A DNA stretch of 64,000 nt from Octopus vulgaris (Eukaryota), in the NCBI GenBank assembly GCA_951406725.2, contig OX597834.1, positions 26,536,001-26,600,000 on the forward strand. The letters run 5' to 3'. Below, in pieces: positions 9,656-24,445 of this stretch; within the stretch, counting starts at the first letter, position 1, and each line of letters begins with the position of its first letter. The notes under the pieces were generated by a model, which was given only the letters and a program-made list of their open reading frames with translations, made no database searches and was not told the DNA's origin. The position numbers and the translations under genes were made by a program.

Positions 9656-12600
9656 TACAGTTTTATCCATGCATTTCAGCCAATTACCAATTTCACTGTA
9701 TAGTGTGAACATGAATATATCCACGCTCTATTGACAAATATACGTGTGCCTGTCTTTTTTCCTGGCTTAAGGATTCTTAGATGCACACGCACACATTACG
9801 CGCGCATACCTGTAGAATCGGAAATTATCTAATGCTCCAAAATCCGCAATTTTTTCGGATCTGTGTATTTTAAGCGTCGTAGAGTGCGAACTTACAAAAG
9901 AAAACCATTTGGTGGTGGAGGAAAGTTAGACTTTTGTACCCACCTTTTTCTGTGTAATTTTTCAGTTTTTACTCTGAAATTTTTTTTATTTCAGATTTGT
10001 TTTAAATATTTGACATAATTCAAAATTGTGCGTAGCACAAACCCAAAGAAATTTTTGCACTCACTCACTCACTCACACAAAAGTCAAGACTGAAAATTTG
10101 TAGTGGGGTGGGGCAAAAAAAAAAAAGAAGAAAAAAACTTCCCTTCCTTTTTCTTTATGTAGAATCATAATCTGCGATCCATAAAACACAGATCCAGAGA
10201 AATTACAGGTTTTTAGCACCACATAATTTCCGACGCTATTTTAAATGAATGCCTTTTTTAAAAATCGTGATGAGCGAAATGTTGCCTACTTGTTTACTGC
10301 TGGTTTTTATCGCAAAATCTACCAAAATTAGACCGTTTGGTGTTGGTCGTCAGGCCTGACAGAGTAGCTCTATCCACGGTTATAGGCGTTCTGGCTGCGA
10401 TCACCTCGTCCTCCTCACGGAGATGGGTGTATCAAGCACTAGATTCATTATCCATTACGGGCAGAATTTTCCCTTCAAGTTCCCTAATTTATGGGAAAGA
10501 AAAAGAGGATACTAGGAAAAGTGTTTATATAGGAGCCCAAACCGTAAACAGCAGGCAAAATTTTTTTCAGAATCATAATTCCCGTTTGAAATACAGGAAT
10601 ACTGAAAAGATTGGTGGTGGTGGTGGGGGGGGGGGGGGAGCGTACTCCTTTCCCATAATATATGGTTGTTCGAAGGACAGGTATACCCAAATTTGGTATT
10701 ACCTACACAAGTGTCTCAACCTTTTTTTTTTTTTTTTTTACCCTCCCCACAATTTTCAAAAAATTAAATTTTTTTTTTTTTTTTTTTTTATGAAAATTTC
10801 TACAAAAACTCCGAGTTTGCCGATTCCGATTACATCAGACATTAATGTGGAAAAAAATTGTTTGGCGTGCGCACATACATACTGACACACATTTAAAAAT
10901 GAAACTTCAAATTGAAAAAAAATTGCGATATCACCATGCACGTGTGTACGCCCACCAATTTTTTTTTTTTTTATTCACATTAAACTGATATTATCGTAAT
11001 CTAAACCATCTGAAAAGTACTCGTGGTAAAATTCGTGAAAAATTACGTATTTGGATCAGGCTATTGTTAAATAGTGTACTATTGTGCCTGACAAATAAAC
11101 TTAGAAAATATTAAAATGTTGGCGTTTTGTAAGGTTTCCTTTATTGTTGAAAATCTGTTCCCATGCTCAGAATAATAAAGTTTCTCACTGTAAATGGAAA
11201 GGTTTTTCACACTGAAACGAAAATACTGGGTACAATAAAAAGTAATTTTATTGGTGTGTGTGGACTAAAATTGCTTGTCCAAATCAGAATTGTTTGGGTG
11301 TTCCAAATGTATGAGAATAGAGTACTTGGCATTTGTCTGTCTCTCTCTCTGGCTAGGCATAGGTGTGTGGGTGTGTTTGCATAGGGATGAGTGTTTGTGC
11401 ATATATATTAGGCATACCTTGTATATGTGCAGGTGTAGTATGATGGCTAACTGGTTTGGAAGATTGCTTTGTAACTACAAGGTGCCAGTTTCAATCCCAG
11501 TATGTGGCATCTTTAAGCAAATATTATTTCCTATGACATCTCAACAACTCATATAATGTCAGTGAAAGTGATTTGGGGGAAAATGTATAGATGCCGATCT
11601 GGTAGATTATACCTGTAATTAAAAGGTACAGCAGTGTCATGCTGAATTTACCTTGGCATTCATTTATGAAGGATGCACATGTCTGTGCAATGGTCAGCGA
11701 CTTATATTCAGGTGCAGGTAATTAAGTTGATCAAGCAATTAGATGCTAAGAGATTAGGAAAGAAACACCAAAGGAATGGAATATACACAGGTGTAGGCAT
11801 AACTGTGCAGTAAGAAACTTGTTTTCCAACCACATGGTTCTGGGTTCAGTCCCTTTGGCAAATATTTTCTATAGCCTCGGACTGACCAAAGCCTTGTGAA
11901 TAGATTTGGTTCATGGAAACTGAAAGTGTGTATGTATGTATGTATGTATGTATGTGTGTGTACCTGGTGCAACTCTCCAGGTTACCAGTTCCATTCAAAC
12001 CCATTCCAGCATGGAAAGCAGACGTTAAATGACGATGTGCGTGTCTTTGTGTCTGTTTGTCCCACCATTTCATGAACTGGTGTTGCCGTGTTTATGTCCC
12101 TGTAATTTAGCACCTTGGTGAAAAAGACTGATGGAATTAGAACCAGGTTTCATGTTACTAAAATTTCAAGGCTGTGCTCCAGCACTGCTGCAGTTTAACA
12201 ACCGAAACAAAAGGTAAAAATTTTAAACTCGTGAATAGTTAGCTTGTGGGTGTGTTTGCTGTTACACTAATGAAATAGTGTCAATTAGTAGATTGTCAAA
12301 GGACGCACTAGTAGGGTGGTGTTTATTTTACTGTCATGATGCTTTAGTTTTATTTTAGTTCTAATACAGTGAAGTGGAGTCTAGAAGATAGTAGTTTCAA
12401 AAGTAAGAATTTAATATTTGATTTGAATAGATTCACTGTTCTCTGATTAATAAAACTGTCATGAGTTTTGTCTACATAGGTGCACTTCTGTATATGTATG
12501 TATGTGTATATATATATATATATATAAAAAATATAATATAATAGGTCAAGGCATGATTGCGGTAAGAAGCTTGCTTTTCAGCCATATGGTTCCAGGTTCA

Positions 12601-13108
12601 GTCCCACTGTGTGGCACCTTGGGCAAGTGTCTTCTATAACCTCAGGCTAATTAAAGCCTTGTGAATGGATTTGATAGACAGAAACTGAAAGCCTGTTATG
12701 TATGAATATATATCTGTTTGTGCCCCACCACTGCATGACAACCAGTGTTGGTTTGATTACATCCCTGTAACTCAGCAGTTTGGCAAGAGACCAATACAAT
12801 AAGTTCCAGGCTTTAAAAAAAAAACTGTACTGAGGTTGGTTCATTTGACTAAATTCTGATATTCTGTCAGACCATTTTGCTGAACCACTAAGTTATGGGG
12901 ACATAAACACACCAACACCAGTTGGCAAGTGGTGGTGGGGGGACGCACACATATAGTGTTCATCATATTTTGTATATGTTTGGAAGGATATACTCTCTGG
13001 GCAGGTTCTGCTGATTAAAGACGTGTCTGTATACACACACATGTCCACTTAATTTTGACTCTGTAGTCCGCCTGTATTGAATCCTGTTTGTCAAGCAAAA
13101 TAGTAACA

Positions 13109-13145
<37 letters not shown>

Positions 13146-16100
13146 ATGCTCTTGCATGCATAGAATTGGCTGTGTGGTAAAGAAGTTTCCTTTCCAGCCA
13201 CATGGTTTTAGGTTCAGTTCCACTGCATGTCTTCTATTGCTCTGGGACAAACACACACACACACACAGCCAGTCCTATATATGTAAGAGCATGCACATGC
13301 GTGCACACACACTTGGTACTATTTTGCTGAAACAGAACTCAATATAATTGGAATACAGTCAGTATTAAGTGGACAGGTCATTCATTCATTCATGTGTGTA
13401 TACAGACACATCTTTAATTAGCAGAACCCACCCAGAGAGTATATTTCTCAAATCTATTCAGTATATGATGTACACTGTGTGTCTCCTACCACTTGCTAAC
13501 TGGTGTGTAGACTTATTGGTTCAACAGAATAAGTATCAGGATTTAGTCAAATGAACTGACCCCGGTCTGGGCAAGGTTGTTTATGGAGGACCAGTAGTCA
13601 GTCGTCCATGCATACTAACCTCCCCCTCTCCACATCACTGATGTTATCCAAGGGAAAGGCAAAGGCCAATACAGCTTGGCACAAGTGAGGTCGAAACTCA
13701 TTTCTACAGCTGAGTGAACTGGAGCAATGTGTGATATAGTGTCTTGCTCAAGAATGCAAGATTGTGGTTTCAATTCCCAGACTGGGCATAGTTGTGTTTT
13801 TGAGTAAAGCGTTTCATTTCTCGTTGCTCCATGATCATTTCATCATCTAACATGTGGCACATGGTGCACCTAGGTGTACAGGTATTGTTGATTTTGATGG
13901 AGTGAGTGAGCTTACGAGTGGACAAACATTTGATCACTATAAACAAATCATCTGTGTGGTTATCTGGCAAGAAATTGCGGGACCCTCATACATCATCTAA
14001 CCATGAGTCTGTGGTGTGTGTGTGTGTGTGTAAAACAAATGTTAGTAGCTATGTAATTATATATCATAGCTTGGTTTCACAAATTATTTAGGAATGTTAC
14101 TGTCCACATGTATTACTGCTGGCTTGGTTACCCTCTCCTCACAGTCAGAAGCTAGAACAGATCACTTAACTCTGCTGATAGTCAATGTAACAGGCAGCAA
14201 GGTAGTTTTTTTTTTCCCCCCTCCGAAGAGTCTCATAGACATTTACTTTAGGACACCTCAGTCATGGTGGGTCACTACAGAGTTTATACCATCTTTTGCA
14301 ATCTTTTGTAAGTAGTGATTCTACAACCTAGAAACATGCCCCACCTGACATCACTGTTAATAGCAGGTCTTTGATCTTGGTGATGGGTCATTTTAGTGGA
14401 TGTTGAGGATAGAGCAGAGACAAAAACTGGTAGTGGGTATCCAGTGAGCAGGTGAAAGTAGGTAACTGCTGACTGGAAGGTTGCACGGGAGGGTGGTCTG
14501 TACAACACCTGTTTTGTATAACCTACTAAATTTATTTGCGTTTTCCTGTCTGATGTCTACTTTTGTTGATCTTGGCATCTGATGAAATTGTGCACATCAG
14601 ACTGTCTTCAACTCTGTCTCGCTGAGTAATAGAGGGAGTTTGGTAAATCTTACCATGCTGTGGGCCGATTGAGAACTTCTCCCTTTAGACGTCTAGTCAG
14701 GACTAATCTTTTTTTAAATTTATTAAATATTTCATACGTAAACCACAGCTTTCAGGAAGGGTTGGGTGAAGGAACCTATTTCTTTATTACCCACAGGGGG
14801 CTAAACATAGAGGAGACAAACATGGACAGACATAGGTATTAAGTTGATTATATCGACCCCAGTGCTTAACTGGTACTTAATTTATCGACCCCTTTCATCG
14901 ACCCCGAAAGGATGAAAGGCAAAGTCGACCTCGGCGGAATTTGAACTCACAACGTAACGGCAGCCGAAATACCGCTAAGCATTTCGCCCGACGTGCTAAC
15001 GATTCTGCTAGCTCGCCGCCTTGGGTGAAGGAACCGATTATATTTCCTATTCTCTACTGTTTCTTATGAATCCCAGAAGCACGAAAGGTAAAATTAACCC
15101 TTGGTAGAATTTGAACTCAGAATGTAAAGGACCAGAACAAATGCTAAAATTCTATCAATCCACCACCCAATCGTTTTTCAGTTTTTTTTTATGAAATTAC
15201 TCTTTGGGTGTCTTTATCTGTTGGTTCACCATTTCCCCATTGTCATAGGATTTTTCTAGTCTTGGCTTAGGCTGAATCTGGGCTATAGTGAATCACAGCT
15301 GTACCAGATGTCCAGCTTCTGGGGGTATGTCAGGGGCATAGTGGGTCAATCAGGCTGTGGGTTGGAACTTGAATATTTTTGGCTGGGTTTCTTCAGTACA
15401 GCCTGTTGAAAATCAGAGGTTATGGATTGTCAGTTACCGTTGATTGGTCTAGTTAGCCAGAAGTGCATCACATGTCTTCTCATCTTGACATCATATGAAT
15501 CGTAAATGAGTATCAATGTCAACCAAGTGGTGGTGTTTCTAATCTTTTGTGAAAAACTTATCTAACCATGGAGAAATACTAACTTGCTTGGAAATAGGTG
15601 GCACTTTGTGACAGGAAGGGCATCTGACCATTGAAAAATCTGTCAAGGAATTTTGTTTACATGCAAAAATGGAAAAGTGGACATTACAGTTATGTATACA
15701 GGCAACAAGGTGATGGAAATGTAAGGGCATTGGAAGAAAACTTTGCAGTATTTGTTCCTGTTTTGAGTTCAAAATTTGCTGAGGTCAACAGTGCTTTTTA
15801 TAATTTTAGGCGGAGGGCGATAAAATGTAGTACCTGTCATATACTAGGGTCAGTGATATCCATTTACTCCCTTTCCTTAAAATTGCTAGCTTTGTGCCTA
15901 AATTAGAAACGTGTGTGTTTACATATAATGTGTTACATAGTTGTTAAATGAGTATATAAAGTATCTGAAAAAAGAAAATATAGTTGTCAGAATATGAAGA
16001 TGGATCATGGATATTTATCCTCACTTAAACATGGATGTTCTTTTAGAACAAACTATACTCCAGTAAATACCACGAGAAAAACTCTCATAGGCTTTTGGTG

Positions 16101-19100
16101 CAAAAATGCACTCTTGTTTATATTGCTATATTCTTCATTCCTATTTATTGTGCCAGACAGCACACTCTATCTATCACAGTGGCATAGGAGGTGTGCCACC
16201 TGGCACAGTGCTTATGTCATCCCTATTTAACCTTGGACCTCCAACTCTACAGGATTATACAGCTGACCCTAATATGCTGCCCCTTATAAAAGCATCACCC
16301 TGCTCACCCTGCTCACACACACAAACATACAGTTTTATTCTTTTGTTTGTCATTTGACTGAAGTCATGCTGGAGCACTGCCTTTAGTTGAACAAATCGAC
16401 CCCAGAACTTTGTAAGCCTAGTATGGTTTCTTTTGCTGAACCACTAAGTTATGGAGATGTAAACACACCAACATCAGTTGTCAAGTGATGGTGCGAGGGA
16501 CAAAAAACCCCCCACACAAATACGTGTGTGTGTGTGTGTATATATATACACACACACACACGCACACAATGGGCTTCTTTCAGTTTCCATCTGCCAAATT
16601 CACTCACAAGTCTTTGGTCGACCTGAGGCTATAGTAGAAGACACTTGCCCAAGGTACCATGTGGTTGGGAAGCAAGCTTCTTACCACACAGCCACACCTG
16701 CATGTATGTGAGAATGTGTGTGTGTATGATGTTTGGTGAGGCTGTAGGTAAGCAAAGCAGAAGCAATGCTAATGAAATTTGTTAAACATTTTATAAATTC
16801 TACTCTGTTTACGTGCATTCCTGAGCCCACTCACCTTCTCCAGACTTTTTTTCTTCACCTTTCACCTCTTCTTCCACCCCCACCTCTTCCATCACATGTC
16901 GGTACTGCTAGTCTGCTAGAATTGCTATTCTCTCTCCTCACCTGCAGCACTCAAAGCATCTTCCAGTATGGTAGATATCTGTTTTGAGACACTTGGAGAC
17001 GGAGTTGCTATATTTTGGTGGAGGCACATGTTTTGAGACACTTGGAGACAGAGTTGCTATATTTTGGTGGAGGCACAGGTAGTGGGCATTGTTTGAGTTG
17101 TTTCGGAAATATTTTTGTCTATTCGGATCGGATCGTTAAATTCCTTTCAACCACTTAGTATTTCAAATTTCCTCCAGATTATTGGTTTTTTTTTTTGCAA
17201 AATAACAAAAATTGCATTTTTTTTCCCCTAGAAGTATCAGAGCTAGAAATTTGAAAAAAATTGGAAAAAAATTTGAAATACTTGAAGTGGTCTAACAGGT
17301 ACCACCACCACCTGAAAGGCTTCTGATTGTTCAAGTGTATTGAATGGTCGAAAGCCTTTCATTTGTGATCCTCACCCACTAGTACCAGTCAATGTATCCT
17401 GGATTGCATTGTGCAATATTTTCTTTAAAAAAAAAGTAATGAATACATGTACAGGTAGTGGGGGAGGTTGATAGTCTGATATGCTCTTGCTTGCTTGCTT
17501 ACACACACACACACACACTCTTCAACAGTATCAGCACCAAGCAACACTTATGCATAAGCGAACTTCTGTTAAAATACAGTTGTTGAAATATTGCAAACAT
17601 ATTTTAGTCAACCTAAAGTTTGCTTACATATATAAATGTATATGTGTGTGTGTGTGTGTGTGTATGTATATATGTGTATATATAGGGAAAAATAGAAGTT
17701 GAAAATGCACTGAAGCATACAAATTTAAATTGGGACAGATTTTTACTGTAAAATATCACTTTACATGTTCTTCAAGGAATTTAATATATGCTATCAAATG
17801 TCAAGGTTGTAATGAAGATTACATTGGTCAAAGCTTACTCTAAGAAATAGACTGACCATTCACTGACAATAAATACCAGACCCCAGTATTAGACAGTTTC
17901 CACTGAGTGGACACATAAAGCTTAGTCTAAGAAATAGACTGACCATTCACTGACAACAAATACCAGACCCCAGTACTAGACAGCTTCCACTGAGTGGACA
18001 CATAGACATATGTACAAAAACTAAGTCCCCTGAAACCCAGGTCTTCCACTCTACCTATGTTCAGCAAAGACCACAGATGAAGCACAGATAAACAAAGAAT
18101 TTCTACAGCTGGATGCCCTACAAAAGTATAAACCAAGACTTTAACAGTGTACATATGCAAATAACTATTCACACACCAAACTCATTCTGCCACCTAACAT
18201 GAGTAACCTACGCAGCTAACAACCTAAACTTTAGATACTGGATTACATGCAAATGACTCCAGCCCACTCTCCCATCAGACAGATTAAATTTGGAGTGTCT
18301 TGATTGTAATTAAAAATGTTCCCAACTGTGTTGGCCTTCTTTTTAGGTGCCATTCTCTACAAACAACTTGACAGAAAACATTCAGAGCATTGATTGTTTG
18401 GACCTGTTCAGTCAACCGTGTCAGCCTTAACTTATGACACCACACATCATCACATGATACTAACACATGATACTAACACAAAAATTTCTTAGACCAGTCA
18501 TGTGACTATCTTCTCTACCAGTCGAATCCTATTCAAAATATATACTAATTTGAGCCATGAACTTCCTATAAAAATAGGTATTTCTTTACTACCCACAAGG
18601 AGCTAAACACAGAAAGGACAAACAAGGACAGACAAACTGATTAAGTCGATTATATCGGCCCCAGTGCGTAACTGGTACTTATTTAATCGACCCCGAAAGG
18701 ATGAAAGGCAAAGTCGACCTCGGCGGAATTTGAACTCAGAACGTAATGACAGACGAAATACTGCTAAGCATTTCGCCCGGCATGCTAACGATTCTGCCAG
18801 CTCGCAAAAATAGGGCAAGGTTAAAACTCTAGTCAGAAGCGCTCCATCTTTCCGATTTCAACTTCTTGAAAGCCAGTGTAAACTGAAACTAGTTAAAGCT
18901 TTAAATATATTAGTAAAAAATATTTTAACTATTCTCAATGCTTTTTCAACTTCTATATTTCTACCTGTGTGGACTAACATAACTTTGTTCCCTCTCTCTC
19001 TTTTATATAATGCTCCTTTTAAAGCCTAGCCAGGCTCATGGGCCCAGTTTTCCGGTTTCTATGGTGTATGTGTTCCCCAGCTGGATGGGACGCCAGTCCA

Positions 19101-19532
19101 TTGCAGCGTTATTCATTTTTGCCATCTGAGTGGACTGGAGCAACGTGAAATGAAGTGTTTTGCTCAAGAACACAACCCTTCGCCTGGTCAAGGAATCAAA
19201 ACCACAATCTTACAATCATGTAACCACTAAGCCATGTGCCTCCACACACACACACACACACACGTGGGTGGGAAGAGAGACCAAGCCCACTTGGATCTGG
19301 ACTGACCTATGTTCAATTTGCCTGCTTGACTGAATTTAGCAACAAAATTATGCACCCTATGAATTAAAAAAATATATATATATATTTATATATATATATA
19401 TATAGGTGCAGGAGTGGTTCCGGGTTCAGTCCCACTGCGTGGTATCTTGGGCAAGTGTCTTCTGCTATAGCCCTGGGCCGACCAATGCCTTGTGAGTGGA
19501 TTTGGTAGACGGAAACTGAAAGAAGCCTGTCG

Positions 19533-19571
<39 letters not shown>

Positions 19572-21839
19572 CTGTGTTTGTTCCCCTAGCATTGCTTAAC
19601 AACTGATGCTGGTGTGTTTACGTCCCCATCACTTAGCGGTTCGGCAAAAAGAGACCGATAGAATAAGTACTGGACTTACAAAAAGAATAAGTCCCGGGGT
19701 CGAGTTGCTCGACTAAAGGCGGTGCTCCAGCATGGCCGCAGTCAAATGACTGAAACAAGTAAAAGAGTAAAAGAGTGAAAAAGAGAGATATCACACACAG
19801 ACTTTAGATTACATTATCCAAGGCATGAGGTCTGGCGAGAGGGAGCGAGATGGTCGGTCGGTCGGTCGTAGCTGGAGAATATCTTTGTTCATAATCCTAA
19901 ACTGTAACAACGGTAACATCTCGTTTCTATGGTGCTTTGTGTTGTTAGCAAACACCGTTGTAAACCTGCTGGTGTGTTGTTGACAGTGATTCCATGTTAT
20001 GTTGGTTAGAAGTATTGATCTGTCGACTGATTGAACTACCAACTGGTGCCCTTTCTATTATTTCTTCTTCCCTCAACTGTCGTGATTGAGCTTATTAATG
20101 ATAGTAGCTTCCTCTTTCTCTCTCTCTCTCTGGTTTTTTTTTTTTAGAGATTGTTGATAATATTATAGGAGTTTACATTACACCCCAGTGTCTCTAATTT
20201 TTTCTGTCTTCCACTTTCTTTCTTGCTCTTTACTGCTTGTAAAGCACTCTCTGTCTGTTTGTCTCTCTCTTGCTTGCTCTCTCTGTCTGTCTACACAAAC
20301 ACAGAGTGGATGCTACAGATACTTAAAACACTTTGTTTCTGTGTTCACTTTTTCAAGTGGTTTTTACTAATAAAATCGTATATATGTTTGTGTGTTTGTC
20401 CCCCCAACATTGCTTGACAACCGGTGCTGGTGTGTTTACGTCCCTGTAACTTAGCGGTAGCGGTTTGGCAAAAGGGACTGCTAGAATAAGTACAAGCTTA
20501 CAAAGAATAAGTCCTGAAGTCATTTTGCTCGACTAAAGGCAGTGCTCCAGCATGGCCACAGTCAAAATGACAAACAAGGAAATGAGTAAAAGAGCACATA
20601 TTTAACAGCTGAATGGTAGCCACAGGATTGTGGATTTGATTCTACTGCATGGCATTTTGGGTCATGTCATTTTTTTTTTTTATAGCCTTGTGTCAATCTG
20701 GATCTTGTAAATGTAATTGGTTGGAGAGAAACTGGCGTGGATTGACCCATAATTCAAAAAGTATATCCTTGTCCTGCAGCACACACTGTTGTGCCAATTC
20801 TGCCTGAAAATTAAGGCTATACGTCACTTTGATATTAATTTAGGAGCAAGTAATTCAGTAGATCGGGCAACTAACAGATCTATTGCATACATTACTCTAT
20901 CTATTACTCTATTACTTGTTTCAGTCATTTGACTGCGGCCATGCTGGAGCACCGCCCTTAATCGAGCAACTCGACCCCGGGACTTATTCTTTTGTAAGCC
21001 CAGTACTTATTCTATCGGTCTCTTTTGCTGAACCGCTAAGTAACGGGGGACATAAACACACCAGCATCGGCTGTCAAGCAATGCTAGGGGGACAAACACA
21101 CACACAAACATAGACACGCATACATATATATATACATATATACGACGGGCTTCTTTCAGTTTCCGTCTACCAAATCCACTCACAAGGCTTTGGTCGGCCC
21201 GAGGCTATAGTAGAAGACACTTGCCCAAGGTGCCATGCAGTGGGAATGAACCCGGAACCATGTGGTTGGTAAACAAGCTACTTACCACACAGCCACGCCT
21301 AGCATTATTTGAAAAATGTGTAAGTTAGTTGTAATGTGAAGAGAATGCTGCTTCAAACAGACTCTTCTCCAATTCCTGCTAGCATGGAAAATACCCAATG
21401 CTAAATGATATGAGCTAATGTGTTTACATTGAAGCTTTCTAATATTTAAATTCTTTTTTTTGTATGCAAAATGTTTATACGTACATACATTACTATCTAC
21501 ATAGCAAGTGATATAGTGTATATCAGTTACAGTTATTTAGTGAAAATAGCTTGATTGCATGCAGAAACAAACTTGAGCAGTGTGTCCATGTATCAAATTC
21601 CACTGTGTAGTTAGTATATCTCCCTCATCATAACTCTTTTTTTTTTTTTTTTTTTTTTTACTTGTTTCAGTCATTTGACTGTGGCCATGCTGGAGCACCG
21701 CCTTTAGTCGAGCAAATCGACCCCGGGACTTATTCTTTGTAAGCCCAGTACTTATTCTATCGGTCTCTTTTGCCGAACCGCTAAGTGACGGGGACGTAAA
21801 CGCACCAGCATCGGTTGTCAAGCAATGCTAGGGGGACAG

Positions 21840-21892
<53 letters not shown>

Positions 21893-22817
21893 TACGACAG
21901 GCTTCTTTCAGTTTCCGTCTACCAAATCCACTCACAAGGCTTTGGTCGGCCCGAGGCTATAGCAGAAGACACTTGCCCAAGATGTCACGCAGTGGGACTG
22001 AACCCGGAACCATGTGGTTGGTTAGCAAGCTACTTACTACACAGCCACTCCTGCGCCTATTTTTAAATAAAATCAGGTTGTGGTTCGAATAGTTTTGACC
22101 ATTATCCATCACAATCACTTGCAAAGACAGGCACCATATAATGGGACTGATCTCTTTTGAAGTAAACCTTCTTAACCATTCCCTTCTCTCTCTCATGTAT
22201 GAATTGATGTTTGTGTTTTTCTTTTTTGTCAAGTTATATATAAAAGCTATTTAACCCTTTAGTGTTCTGATTATTCTATCAAACATAATGCTTATTGATT
22301 CCCATTGATTTGAATTAATCATGCATTATCCCATATCTTCAAGATCTTGATGGTGTAATTACTTCATGTAGAATAACATTGTAGGGTAGGTGTGAGAGCC
22401 TGGATCTGGTCAGTTTGAACATAAAACAGATTAGCTATTTTGGCTGGATATGGCTGGTTTAAATACTAAAGGGTTAAATTGAAGAATTACTCAATGCTTT
22501 TTAGTAGAATACAAGTTTATTAAATTTTCATTAGAAGGGCAACATTGACTTACGTTTTGGCATGCTAGCTTTGTGGGACTATGAATGCTAGCAAGCCAAA
22601 ACATTGAAGTCAGTGTCACCCCTCTTTTTGTAAAAGTTCAAGAAACATTTGTATATAAAATATATTAAAACTGAAATTTACAAGAATTTTCTAGACAGTA
22701 ATGACTGGTTTTCTTTTAGTAAAAGTTAGATAATTTCAATTATTTATCTTTGTAACGAGCCAAAATCTAATGTTAAATTATCAATTTTCATTTTTTAATT
22801 GGAATAAGTCTATTTAT

Positions 22818-23126
22818 CACTGTGATCACTGTGACCGACCAGGCTATCTGATGTTGCTACACATCGCTGGTCACAATGCGCTTCACATTGTTTTAGCCTT
22901 CAAATGACGCCACCCCGCTGGCTAAGTGAGCAGGCCAACAGAAGAAAGAGTGAGAGAAAGTTGTGGCGAAAGAGCACAGCAGGGATCGCCACCACCCCCT
23001 GCTGGAGCCTCGTGGAGCTTCAGGTGTTTTCGCTCAATAAACACTCACAACGCCCAGTCTGGGAATCGAAACTGTGATCCTACGACCGTGAGTCCGCTGC
23101 CTTAACCACTGGGCCATTGCACCTCC
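22818..23126 (-). mobile_element. SINE family C, full length, 12-bp TSD AAGTCTATTTAT
   Basis: TSD at 22806-22817 and 23127-23138. Duplicated together with its flank at 26075-26462. Confidence 0.9.
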
Positions 23127-24377
23127 AAGTCTATTTATATACCCACAATTTGGTAGTTTCTACTAGGGTCCTGAGAGAATGAAATATTATAAACAAGATG
23201 TCACTATATTCTGGTTTCCCACCTACATGTTATAATTCCTACAATGCCAGATTCTGTTTTGAAATTCAAATAAATCTAATTGGGATATGTTAGTGTAATC
23301 ATCATCGCTATCCTTTAACCCTTTAGTGTTCAGATTAATCTGTTAAATGTAATACTTTTTTCACTCAAATTATTTTCAATTAATCATACATTATCTTAGA
23401 GCTTTGAAGTTTCAATGATATCATCATCATCATCATCGTTTAGCGTCCGTTTTCCATGCTAGCATGGGTTGGACGGTTCTACTGGGGTCTGTGAAGCCAG
23501 AAGGCTGCATCAGGCCCAGTCAAATCTGGCAGTGTTTCTACGGCTGGATGCCCTTCCTATCGCCAACCACTCTGTGAGTGTAGTGGGTGTTTTTTTTACG
23601 TGCCACCCGCACAGGTGCCAGACAGAGCTGGCAAACGGCCACGAACGGATGGTACTTTTTATGTGCCACCGGCACGGGGGCCAGTTTAATCTTAGAATGT
23701 CAATGTAGGTTAGGTGTGAGGGGCCAGTTTGAATGTAAAACATGTAGGATATTTGGGCCGGATATGGCCGGCTTAAACATAAAAGGGTTAACATCTGTTT
23801 TCCATGCTGGCATGTTCCACCCGAATGAAAAAATTGTGGGTGCCTTATCCTCCTGCCAACAGTTTTCTTTTGACATAGGATCACTGACCATAATTTTGAT
23901 TTGTTAATTGCTTTTTCTGATTTTAATTGTTAGGTTGTGTGTCTTTTATTCACTTTGCTAATGTGGGGTCAGATGAATTATTTTCGAGTTACTGTTTTAC
24001 AGCTGGTTGCCTTTCCTGTGGTTTAATCCACCCTTGCTTGTTTTTCATGGAAAGGATTGTGTAATTTACATGTCTTCAAAGGCATCAAGTGAGTGAATTG
24101 TTTGTTGACATGGGTGTAGCGAGGGGGACATCACTATTTGTAGCTTGCAGTATTCAGAAAAGGGGCAAATGTAAACGCATACACATATTCACATACACAC
24201 ACACACTCACACACACACACACACATACACTCACACACACACACACATACACACACACACACACACACACTTGTGCACAAATGCATGAACTTACATGCAC
24301 ATACACAATTGCACCTGACTGCATGCTCATATGCAGACATTTACACAAGCATATTTTTTATGCAAACGCACACACTT

Positions 24378-24445
<68 letters not shown>

